A stretch of DNA of 64,000 nt from positions 65,648 to 129,647 of the forward strand of contig JAHLWR010000011.1 of NCBI GenBank assembly GCA_019057815.1. Direction: 5' to 3'. The position numbers and the translations under genes are program-made. Source of the DNA: Candidatus Heimdallarchaeota archaeon (GTDB taxonomy: Archaea; Asgardarchaeota; Heimdallarchaeia; Heimdallarchaeales; Heimdallarchaeaceae). Shown piece by piece: positions 31,301 through 41,100 of the stretch (the stretch's first letter is position 1; every line of letters starts with the position of its first letter). The notes below the pieces were generated by a model. It made no database searches. It was not told where the DNA came from and saw nothing but the letters and a program-made list of their open reading frames with translations.

Positions 31301-31512
31301 TAGCTTTTGTTCTTCTGCAATCAACTTTTAAATATACATTGCCAATCAAACTCTATTCCTTTATTGGGTCAATTGAATCAAGCACACCACTCTGGGGACT
31401 TTTTGCAGCAGCATCAGTTCTAGTTATTATTCCACTACTTATCCTTTTCATATTCCTTAGAAATTATCTGCTGAAAGGACTTGGCAGTCAAGCACAAATT
31501 AGAGAGGTTTAA
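28344..31512 (+). CDS. Fused MalF/MalG-type permease with an N-terminal extracellular domain; A10 tract shifts the probable start out of frame
   Basis: Two permease modules (PWAIP..SIPKELMDIAEVD and FDSIPKELDESSQLIG). SD GAGGTG plus ATG 28344 gives a signal peptide only if the run at 28358-28367 is A9. Confidence 0.8.
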
Positions 31513-31513
31513 A

Positions 31514-32629
31514 ATGAAAATATCATTTGAGAAATTAGAAAAAAAATATGGAACATCAACTGCTTTAAACAAGGTTAGTGCTGTCTTATTAGATGGAAGT
31601 TTTACTGTTATTTTAGGACCTTCTGGAAGCGGGAAAACCACATTGTTAAGGCTTATAGCTGGTCTCGCATACCCAACAAGCGGAAAAATTTTGTTCGATG
31701 ATGAAGATATCACAAATGAATCTCCAAAAGATAGAAATGTAGCGCTTGTTTTCCAAAATTTTCCACTCTTTCCACATATGACAGTTGAAGAGAATTTACG
31801 ATTTTCTCTAGAAAATCAAAAGAGTGGGAAAGTATTCAAAAAAAGGATATATTCTAATAAAGTAGTTGAAGAGAAAGTGGATGAAGTTTTAGATATGCTT
31901 CAAATTGAAGAGCACAGGCACAAATATCCAAACCAAATGAGTGGAGGAGAGCAACAAAGAGTGGCAATAGGAAGAGAAGTTATACGAGAACCTAGAGTTT
32001 TCCTTTTTGATGAACCACTTAGTAATATTGATGCAAGGCTCAGGTACGAAATGAGAATGTGGATTAGAAAAATACATAAAATGCTAAAGAAGACAATGGT
32101 TTATGTTACTCACGATCAGAACGAAGCTATGACTTTGGGAGATATTATTGTTTTACTTAAAGAAGGCGAAATTGAACAAATGGGTAAACCAGAGGAATTG
32201 TATTTTAATCCTAAAACAAAATTCGTTGCTACATTCATAGGAAATTATCCCATGAATTTCTTACCGTTTGAAGTAAAACAAAATGAAATATGTATTTCAG
32301 GCACTAGTAATGTAATAAACTCAGACGAAATACGTGAAAAAATAGAAAATCTGAATCTCAAAAAAGGAGAAGTAGCTTTCAGAGCCGAATCCATTAGAGA
32401 ATTTGACAAAGATAAACCGCTTGAAGAGAGTATGCTCTTATTAAAATGCAAAGTTACTGATATTGAAAAGCTACTAGAACTGCAAATTCTGACTTTAAAC
32501 ATTGAAAAGTTTAATCTTATTTATGTTACAAAAACAAAAAAAGAATTTAATATCAATGATAATATTTCAGTTCTCATTAATTCAGATGAAATTTATTACT
32601 TCAATTCTGAAGGTGTGAGGGTGAAGTAG
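31514..32629 (+). CDS. Sugar ABC transporter ATPase (MalK-like)
   Basis: GPSGSGKT, MSGGEQQR, FDEPLSNID, YVTHDQ, C-terminal TOBE-like region. Confidence 0.95.
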   Translation: MKISFEKLEKKYGTSTALNKVSAVLLDGSFTVILGPSGSGKTTLLRLIAGLAYPTSGKILFDDEDITNESPKDRNVALVFQNFPLFPHMTVEENLRFSLENQKSGKVFKKRIYSNKVVEEKVDEVLDMLQIEEHRHKYPNQMSGGEQQRVAIGREVIREPRVFLFDEPLSNIDARLRYEMRMWIRKIHKMLKKTMVYVTHDQNEAMTLGDIIVLLKEGEIEQMGKPEELYFNPKTKFVATFIGNYPMNFLPFEVKQNEICISGTSNVINSDEIREKIENLNLKKGEVAFRAESIREFDKDKPLEESMLLLKCKVTDIEKLLELQILTLNIEKFNLIYVTKTKKEFNINDNISVLINSDEIYYFNSEGVRVK

Positions 32630-32632
32630 AGG

Positions 32633-32670
32633 AGAATGTTCCAAAACTCTGTCTGATTAATGTGACTTCT
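32633..32670. repeat. Solo terminal-repeat remnant of the same IS/MITE family
   Basis: AGAATGTTCCAAAACT matches the reverse complement of the 22047 end (AGAATGTCCCAAAACT) at 15/16 positions. Confidence 0.5.
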
Positions 32671-32879
32671 TGTTTTAACTCAAAAAGTACAACCGAGTTC
32701 TGGAAATCGAAGATTGCCAACAGGCTCTTCTCGACGAATAAACTACAATTTTATATATTACATAAGATAATTACAGTTATGAATTTCGCTAGAAAATTCA
32801 AAGTTATGTTCCATACAAGTCTCTGGGAAGTTATGATAGGGGTTATCCTAATTACTGTTTTTTAGTCTTACGTTTTACT

Positions 32880-33905
32880 TTGGATGATATTCCCTTATAT
32901 ATTATAATCTTTGGATTTATAATAGGAGTTTGGCTAGCTTTTCGCCCTTCAGAATGGGCTGTTGAAGGTTTAGATAGTGCTTCAAAATATGTCGGGTTTT
33001 CTGATTACACTGCTGGTACAATTTCAAGTCTTGCTTCTAACCTTCCTGAAGCAGTTATAGCAATCTTCATGTTTACAGCAGGTCAACATATAATAGCAAC
33101 AGTTACAATCTTATCAGCAGCAGGTTTCAATGCAATAATTTTAGGAGTTGCTATTCTTATAGCTACATTGAAGAAAAAAGGTCATGTTGATGTTCCAGAA
33201 GGTTTAGAGAAAAAAGAAGCGCCCATTATCAGATGGGCAATAGTTGCTTTACTTATGACAGTATGTTTTGGATTTATTGAGTATTTCCAGAAAACTGATG
33301 AAATAGCTGTATTAACTAAGCCAGTTGGTGCATTTCTAGCAGCTGGATACATCTTCTACCTTATCTACTTAGCTATTTCCGAAAGAAAGAGTAAAAACAA
33401 AAGGCAGGAAGAAGGATTCGAATATGAAAAACCTAAATTATCAAAACATATGACAATTATTATTCTGTTACTTGGTTTCTGTGGAATCATACTTGGTGGT
33501 GAAACACTCTCTTTCTGTGTTGAAGAATTGATACATGCTCAAAATGTAAAATTGAGACCAGAATTTTTAGGTTTAATTTTAGGAGCTGCAGGAGCGTTGC
33601 CAGAGCACGGAATTGCATTAGTTTCCGCTGCTAAAGATGAAGTAGAGATTGCTTTTGGTAATGCAATTGGTGGGATATTACAATCCTCACTTCTAATCTT
33701 TGGTTTACTTGGAACAATCTTCGTTATTGAACTATCTCCTTTTGTACTTCTACAACTAGCTGCTACTGCTGTAATACTGTGGTTCACTAAACGTTGCATC
33801 ACAGATGACAAAAGATTTGATACGTTTGAAGGAATAATGATACTTTTGCTGCAATTCTTTGTGTTTGCTATACTCATTGAGGATGTACTTCTTATGGGGC
33901 CGTGA
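32880..33905 (+). CDS. Ca2+/cation antiporter (CaCA family)
   Basis: About 10 TM helices with alpha-repeat motifs ASNLPE and AGALPEH, and GNAIG. Confidence 0.85.
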   Translation: MDDIPLYIIIFGFIIGVWLAFRPSEWAVEGLDSASKYVGFSDYTAGTISSLASNLPEAVIAIFMFTAGQHIIATVTILSAAGFNAIILGVAILIATLKKKGHVDVPEGLEKKEAPIIRWAIVALLMTVCFGFIEYFQKTDEIAVLTKPVGAFLAAGYIFYLIYLAISERKSKNKRQEEGFEYEKPKLSKHMTIIILLLGFCGIILGGETLSFCVEELIHAQNVKLRPEFLGLILGAAGALPEHGIALVSAAKDEVEIAFGNAIGGILQSSLLIFGLLGTIFVIELSPFVLLQLAATAVILWFTKRCITDDKRFDTFEGIMILLLQFFVFAILIEDVLLMGP

Positions 33906-33993
33906 GACCTCTTTTTTCCTATTTTTTTGTTCAAAAAAATATTTTCATGTTTTTTTTTAGGGGTTTTTAATGCTTCTTATTGTCTAATATGTA

Positions 33994-34215
33994 ATGAGTA
34001 TATTAGATCTGATTGAAGAAGAACTCGAGTACAAGGAAAATAGAATTTTTTATCATAGAAATGGGGAAATAATAGATTTAGGTGATTCAGTTTTCAAAAT
34101 CAGTTTATACTCCAATCCTGAAAAGCAGATTATTACTACTTCTATTATACGAGCATTTGAAATATTGAAATATGAAGTAATCCAAGGAAAAATAGAAGAT
34201 AAAGGTGATATTTAA
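33994..34215 (+). CDS. Small hypothetical protein
   Basis: 73-aa ORF with ATG start and protein-like composition; no motif recognised. Confidence 0.5.
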   Translation: MSILDLIEEELEYKENRIFYHRNGEIIDLGDSVFKISLYSNPEKQIITTSIIRAFEILKYEVIQGKIEDKGDI

Positions 34216-34221
34216 AAGAAA

Positions 34222-35460
34222 TCAAATTTCACTAAAAACTTTCTCTACTACACTTAAAGCCCATTCAAGCTCTTTCTTTGTTATAATTAATGGTGGAATG
34301 AAACGTATTGAAAATTCATGTGTCTCCTTTGCTAATAATCCAACTGGTTCATTGTTCTTCATTGCTTCTGTATACGGACGAGATTTTACATCTAGTTCAA
34401 TTGCAATTAATAATCCTCTACCTCTAACTTCTTTGATTTTATCTGGGTGTTTAGCTTGAATGCGTTTTAAACCCTTTATAAAGTATGAACCTAAAATTTG
34501 TGCTCTTTCAGAAAAATCTTCTTCTTCAATTAGATCAACAACAGCTTCTAAAACAGCCATACCTAAACTGTTACCACCCCATGTCGAACCATGAGTTCCA
34601 GGGGTTAAAACATCCATTATTTCCCAGCTTGATAATACCCCTGATACAGGATATATTCCTCCCCCTACAGCTTTTGCAACTAAAGTTATGTCTGGTTTGA
34701 CACTCTCAAAATCGCAAGCAAGTAGATTACCAGTTCTACAAAAACCTGTTTGTATTTCATCGGCTATCATCAGGATGTTTTCTTTTTTGCATATTTTTTG
34801 TGCTTTCTTAATGTATCCCTCTGGAGGAATAATAACGCCTGCTTCTCCTTGGATAGGTTCAAACAAGAATGCAACAGTATTTTTTGTGATGGTTTTCTTT
34901 AAAGCATCAATATCACCAAAAGGAATGACTTTGAAACCAGGGGTTATTGGACCAAAACCATCCTTTGCTTGAGGATCTGTTGAAAATCCTACTATTGTGA
35001 TTGTTCGACCATGAAAATTGTCCTCACATACAATAACCTCTGCTTTATTTTCTGCTACACTTTTCTTCTCATAGCCCCATTTTCTAGCTATTTTCAAAGC
35101 TGACTCTACTGCTTCTGCCCCAGTATTCATAGGAAGAAATACTTCATAATCTGTGAGTTTGCAGAGTTTTTTAGCTGCTTCTCCCATTGAATTATTGCAA
35201 AAAGCTCTAGATGTCAAGACAACTTTACCCAATTGTCTTTTCAAAGCCCTAACGAGTTTTGGGTGCCTGTGACCAAAATTTTGTGATGAATAAGCTGAAA
35301 GGCAGTCAAGATATTTTTTACCATCAACATCTTTGACCCAAGCACCTTTTGCTTTTTTAATAACAACAGGGATTGGATTATAATTGTGAGCTGTCCATCT
35401 AGCATCAAGATCGAGATAAAATTTCGATTTATTTTTATCATTTTGCGACATCAAAATCAC
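34222..35460 (-). CDS. rocD: Ornithine aminotransferase
   Basis: AHNYNP, SAYS, PMNTGAEAVE, NFHGRT, EPIQGEAG, DEIQTG, HGSTWGGN. Confidence 0.93.
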   Translation of the reverse strand: MILMSQNDKNKSKFYLDLDARWTAHNYNPIPVVIKKAKGAWVKDVDGKKYLDCLSAYSSQNFGHRHPKLVRALKRQLGKVVLTSRAFCNNSMGEAAKKLCKLTDYEVFLPMNTGAEAVESALKIARKWGYEKKSVAENKAEVIVCEDNFHGRTITIVGFSTDPQAKDGFGPITPGFKVIPFGDIDALKKTITKNTVAFLFEPIQGEAGVIIPPEGYIKKAQKICKKENILMIADEIQTGFCRTGNLLACDFESVKPDITLVAKAVGGGIYPVSGVLSSWEIMDVLTPGTHGSTWGGNSLGMAVLEAVVDLIEEEDFSERAQILGSYFIKGLKRIQAKHPDKIKEVRGRGLLIAIELDVKSRPYTEAMKNNEPVGLLAKETHEFSIRFIPPLIITKKELEWALSVVEKVFSEI

Positions 35461-35587
35461 CGATTTCCATGTACCTTTTTCATACTTGATTTTTAAAATT
35501 TTGGTGTGTGCATTAATATCATTAGAAGAAAAATTTGTGTAACATAATCGGAAAACATTTAAGAATTATCTTCTACAATTGATTTCA

Positions 35588-36553
35588 ATGTCAAAAAAGG
35601 AAGCAGATAAAACTAGTAAGGAAGTAAAATCCAAAAAAGAAAAGAAGCGAAACCGAAAAGAGTTCTGGAACAAGTTCTGGAGCAAAATTTGGAAAGGAGT
35701 AGTTTTGTTTTTCAAAGGATTGTGGAAGTTTATTATTGGAATATTAAAGTACATTCTTTTTCCCTTTTGGTACACTGGAGTTTTATTTGTCAAAACTTCA
35801 AAATTCCTGAAAAAACGAGGTGAAAATGCATTAACAGACGAAGACAAGGGATATCTTTCAGTGATTCCTACATTATTCTTTATGCTCAGTCTGTGCATTG
35901 TTATCATATTTCTCCTATTTTACCTTGAATTTTTCGATGAAGTAATTAAGAAAATAACAGATGTTGGTTTTTGGGCTGCAGTAGGACAATTTTTCTTAAC
36001 TATTGGAGAAGGAATTTGGTGGTTGTTAGGAGTTATCTTTGTAGATTTCCTTTGGTATATGATAATAGTCCCATTTGGAGACATCTTACAAGGACATCAC
36101 TGGATATCAGCATTAATTCTACTTGTAGGACTTATTTTAATCTCTGGATTATCAATACTTCTCTATAATATAGCTAAGACAAATAATTTTATGCAAAAAA
36201 TAGGGCATGGAATCATAGTTACAGCTCTCTTCCCAAAGAAAGTCCATGATAAACTACGTGAAGATGTAGTCTTAAAATACCTAATTGGTAAAAAACGCAT
36301 CGAAACAAGATCAAAGAATTTCTTCTGGGTAACTGTCTTCATACAAACTCTCATAACATTTGTCTTCTCCATATTTGCAGTTGTATTATTAATTTATAAT
36401 TATGCAAAAGATATCTGGACAGGAATTGAAGTTCTTGAATTTTCTGTATATGCGTCACTTATACTCTTCCTTTTCGTAGGAATATTCTCTACATGGTTCT
36501 TTAATGCAGTCCTAGGTGTTTCAACAAAAGACTCTGACAGATTCACTATATAA
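35588..36553 (+). CDS. Hypothetical membrane protein
   Basis: Basic N-terminus, aromatic amphipathic stretch and several TM helices. Confidence 0.75.
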   Translation: MSKKEADKTSKEVKSKKEKKRNRKEFWNKFWSKIWKGVVLFFKGLWKFIIGILKYILFPFWYTGVLFVKTSKFLKKRGENALTDEDKGYLSVIPTLFFMLSLCIVIIFLLFYLEFFDEVIKKITDVGFWAAVGQFFLTIGEGIWWLLGVIFVDFLWYMIIVPFGDILQGHHWISALILLVGLILISGLSILLYNIAKTNNFMQKIGHGIIVTALFPKKVHDKLREDVVLKYLIGKKRIETRSKNFFWVTVFIQTLITFVFSIFAVVLLIYNYAKDIWTGIEVLEFSVYASLILFLFVGIFSTWFFNAVLGVSTKDSDRFTI

Positions 36554-36681
36554 ACATCAACTATTTTTTTCTTTTTCTTAAATATTCTCTTATTTGTACA
36601 TACATATTGCTAATACATATTTGTTGGCAAAAGTTTAAATTCTAGTGGGAGCTATCTGTTTCATTACTTTGGTGATTTATA

Positions 36682-37695
36682 ATGAGAGTGAAAATTGGTA
36701 TCAATGGTTTTGGTCGAATCGGTAGAGGTGTTTTCCGAGCTGGTTTTGACAATCCAAATGTTGAATTTGTTGGAATCAATGATATTACAAGCGCAAAAAT
36801 GTTAGCTTACCTATTGAAATATGACAGTGTGCATGGAAAGTTCAACCATGATGTTTCTTACACTGATACTTCATTGATAATTGATGAACAAGAAATTCCT
36901 ATTTCTAGTGAAAGAGATCCAGCAAACATTCCCTGGAATAATTGGAGTACAGATATTGTTTTAGAGTGTACAGGGTTTTTTAGGACATACGAACTCGCTT
37001 CAAAGCATCTTGAGAATGATGTAAAGCGAGTTATAATCTCAGCTCCAGATAAAGGCAAAAATATTCCAATTCCAACATTTGTATGCGGTGTAAATATCGA
37101 TAAATACGACCCAGAACTCAATAGAATAATCTCTAATGCTAGTTGTACTACCAATTGCTATGCTCCAGTCACTAAAATCCTCGATGATGCTTTTGGTGTG
37201 AAATCTGGTTTTATGACAACTGTTCATTCTTTCACAACTGACCAACGCATCTTAGATTTACCTCACTCGGACTTCAGAAGGGCAAGAGCAGCAACACTAT
37301 CAATGATACCTACATCAACAGGTGCAGCAAAAGCTGTAGGTAAGGTTTTACCGCATCTAGAAGGAAAGTTGCAAGCTATCTCTATAAGAGTACCTACTCC
37401 AAATGTATCACTAATCGACGCAATATATATTCTAAATAAGGAAGTAACCAAAGAAGAAGTAAATGAGAAATTTGTTGTCGCAGCTGAAGATAGTTACATA
37501 GGTATTTTAGCTACAACTGATGAACCCTTGGTTTCAATAGATTTTAATGGTAATCCCCATTCTGCAATAGTAGACCTTCAGACAACTCTCTGCTATTCAA
37601 ATCAGGTTAAAATAATTGCTTGGTATGATAATGAATCTGGTTACGCAAATAGAATGATAGATTTAGCATTATTTATTAATTCTAAAGAATCTTAA
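36682..37695 (+). CDS. gap: Class I (bacterial/eukaryotic-type) glyceraldehyde-3-phosphate dehydrogenase
   Basis: INGFGRIGR, YDSVHG, ASCTTNC, IPTSTGAAKA, RVPTPNVS, WYDNE; GGTGA SD at 36671-36675. Confidence 0.97.
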   Translation: MRVKIGINGFGRIGRGVFRAGFDNPNVEFVGINDITSAKMLAYLLKYDSVHGKFNHDVSYTDTSLIIDEQEIPISSERDPANIPWNNWSTDIVLECTGFFRTYELASKHLENDVKRVIISAPDKGKNIPIPTFVCGVNIDKYDPELNRIISNASCTTNCYAPVTKILDDAFGVKSGFMTTVHSFTTDQRILDLPHSDFRRARAATLSMIPTSTGAAKAVGKVLPHLEGKLQAISIRVPTPNVSLIDAIYILNKEVTKEEVNEKFVVAAEDSYIGILATTDEPLVSIDFNGNPHSAIVDLQTTLCYSNQVKIIAWYDNESGYANRMIDLALFINSKES

Positions 37696-38066
37696 ACTAT
37701 TTCTTCTTTTTTCGCAATACTAAATTGAGTTACTAAAGCCTTGTATATGCAGTCTGAACACATATCTTGACTAGAGTCTAAAAATAATAACGCATGAAGA
37801 GTTTTTTCATAATATTCTTTAGCTATTTTTCTCCCTCCAATAATGATGTTCTTGTTTTTTGTTGGGCATTTTATCTGACCATCATTATCTTCCACAACAG
37901 CATTTATACAAAAGGTAGGATCGGATAATTCGGCTATAGCTTCTTCATTCATCTGTTCCCTAAGAAAGAAAGATACGAGTAACACTTCTTCATAATCATC
38001 GTTTAGAATGCAGTAAGTTTCATTATCCATCAATCTAAACATAGGGCAAGGTTGTCCAATCCACAA
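37692..38066 (-). CDS. Cys-rich hypothetical protein
   Basis: Cys pattern CP..C..C..CP..CxxC, possibly metal binding. Confidence 0.6.
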   Translation of the reverse strand: MWIGQPCPMFRLMDNETYCILNDDYEEVLLVSFFLREQMNEEAIAELSDPTFCINAVVEDNDGQIKCPTKNKNIIIGGRKIAKEYYEKTLHALLFLDSSQDMCSDCIYKALVTQFSIAKKEEIV

Positions 38067-38179
38067 ATCTTTCGCCTATTTTTTCTTATATTACTGCTTT
38101 GGATAATTGATTAAAAGATTTCCTTATAAAATTTCTCTCAAAAATGTATAGAAATAGTTTATTAAAAAAGGAAAAAAAG

Positions 38180-41100
38180 TTAAAGTTGTCCAAGACGTGC
38201 TTGAGCAACCATTTTACCTATTGCTTCAACTAAAATTTCGTTCAATGTTACCATTAGAATAGGTTCCCCTGTTTTAGTTATACTCCCAATAACACCTTCT
38301 TCTACTCCATCACGAACTCCCAAATATAGAGCTTTAAATGGAGCTTTCTTAATTGTTACAGGTTTAACGATACCTTGTGCATCTCTTCTCTCTAAAGCAG
38401 CTTTCAAATCTCCTGGAATTTCAGGTGTATTACTAATCACTTCAAGACTTCTATTGAATGTCTCAATATGTGAAATGTCTATCCACGAAACATCTGGGCA
38501 TACAATTGTTGATTTTCCTTTAGTGTGACGTAACATTCCCATCAAAGCAGAGTTAACTTGCTCTGTTCCTGTAACAATCCATAAATCTTCTGCAGGAGAT
38601 GGTTCTATTCCCTTTCCTAAAGTTAACACATTTTGAATTAGTTTCATTGATTCAGCAGTAGCTTCTAATACTTCGTTTAATTTTAATGGCACTGATTTTA
38701 GTTTATCTGAGACACTTTTTTCTAGCATGTCAATTTCTTCTAATGAACTAGTTATATAAGATTCCTTGAAACTAGATAAGTTCTTTGTATAGTTCTCTTG
38801 GTTACTAGATATAGTTAAAGCATTTTCATTAAGTTTAAGTAGTTTATTAATAATAGTTTCGAGAATTCCTTCTAGCATCTCATTGGCCATTTTTTGTAAA
38901 CTGTCTATATCTGAAGTTGTGATCTCTTGAGCTGAGGATGCGGTTTCCAACAAATTATCTCTTGTACTTTGAATATTTGTAACGAGTGCAGCACTGTTTG
39001 AATCAGAGCTAGTAACTAGACTATTAATCTGGTGGCTAATATTTAATTGAAAGTCCTTGTTTTCTTTTTCATGTGCTTCTTGTATAGTAATTACGCCTTT
39101 TTCTACACTCTCTTTTGTTTGGTCATATGTTTTTTCTATGTCTTTACTAGTAGATAGGTAAATATCATCTATTATCCCCTGGACTTCAATCTTATACGAG
39201 TCAATAATACCTTTAAGTATCGCTACTCTTTCGTTTACATCTTTCTGTATCAATGTTGGATAATCTTCCGTAATTCGTTCTAAAGCAGATTTTGTTTGAT
39301 TAGAAACTTCATCAAGTTGAGAAGATTGCTCTGGCGAAACACTCAAATCTCCAACTAAACTACCGGCATCAGCTGAGAACTGCTCAACTTCTTTATCTAC
39401 TAGTTCATTAATAATTTCGACTACTTTTGCGGTATGTTGACTGTAATCTGTTGATGCCTTTTCTAAGGTAACAGCTATCTCAGTATCTATAGTATTTCTA
39501 ACAGACTCAAATTCAGATTGTAAGGTTTTCATCGTCTCATCCATATGAGATGTAATGTTTTGAACTAATTCTGAATGTTCATCGATATTTGTTTTCAAAG
39601 TTCCCTGTACGTTATTCACAACTTCTACGTTGTTTTCAGTCATAGAACTCAAAATTTGCTCTTTTGTAGCATTCAAAGATTGGATACTTTCTTCAACTTG
39701 AGTTTTCATTTCTTGTCTTTTAGAGTTAACGAGTTGTTCTGCTGATTCTTTACTTGTTAACATCAAATTAGATAAGTTCTCCGATGAATTATTAACAAGT
39801 AACTCTAAGCCACCAATTGCTTTATCTTTTACCTGTGTTGTCATATTATTAATACTAATAAATACATCACCCATCTTCTTCTGAAGTGTCTTTTCAAGTG
39901 AAGAAAAGCGCTTATTTAATGCTGTTGCCATTTGTTTTGTTTTGACTTTTTCATTTTTGACATGCGTTGAAATCGCAGCAACGAAAGAATCGGATAAAGT
40001 AGAAAGATCTGTTATGAAATTCGTGAACAAAACAGGAATAGAGCCTTCACCTTCTAACTCTTTGAAACTGTTAACTACTCCAGTAGCTGAAGAATTTAAT
40101 CCAGCTAACACTTCTGAGATATTTTCTTTTTCACTTCCAATTATGTCTTTGAGATCTTTAGAATGATTTTTTTGCATTTCTAGATACGCATTTTCATAAT
40201 TAGTATAGGTCTCCCCAATATTTGATTGCATACTCTTTAATGATTCACTAAATTGGGAATCAAGATCATCACTAGTTTTTTTCATGTCATCTCTTATCGT
40301 TTCAACTGTTGTATCATTAAGATTTGACAGATTATCTAGTTGGTTATTCATTTTTGAAAAGATATCAGTTGTTAGAGATTCCATAGACCCTGTGAAAGTT
40401 TGTATCATCGCATCGATAGGTGAATCAGTTCTCTCTTTCAAAAGAGGAATCAAGCTGGAAAAATTGACAAATGTATTAATCATTTCCTCAGCTTCTTTTT
40501 TATCAAAAAGCTTTCGAAATTTCTTTTCGTCTAAATTTGTAATAGCCTCTAAAATGTGGTGAATCTGTTGAGTTGTGGAATGAAGTTTTTCTTTCAATTC
40601 TTGTAACTGCGCAATACTTTCTTGGTAGTTAATTTGTACTAAGTTTGGCACTTCATCTCTAATATCTCGACCCTTCTTAGTGTATTCTTCCGTGAATAGA
40701 TCAAAATCAGTTATAAATTGTTCTTCTTTCTTGGCAAGCAATTCTGTTATTGCTGTTTTGTTATCATTTACATTTTGACTTATATCACTTTCAACTGTTT
40801 CCTTCAACTCTTTTAGATGACCAATAAATTCATCTTTATATTCACTATGAGATTTGTCATACGTATCTATTTTTTCGCTAAGATTTTGTTTATATGTGTC
40901 AATACTTTCAGATAACTGTTCTAGACTACTAGAGGTAGTTTCATTGAATGCTGTTGAAGCGTCAGATAAATAAGCTAAAATATCATCTTTACTCTTGTTT
41001 ATTAGATTTTCAACAGATGACGTGTATTTCTTTTCTTTTGTTATTATTTTTTTCAGAGCATCATCTACATCTGTGTTAAGGATTTTAACTGCATCTTTTA

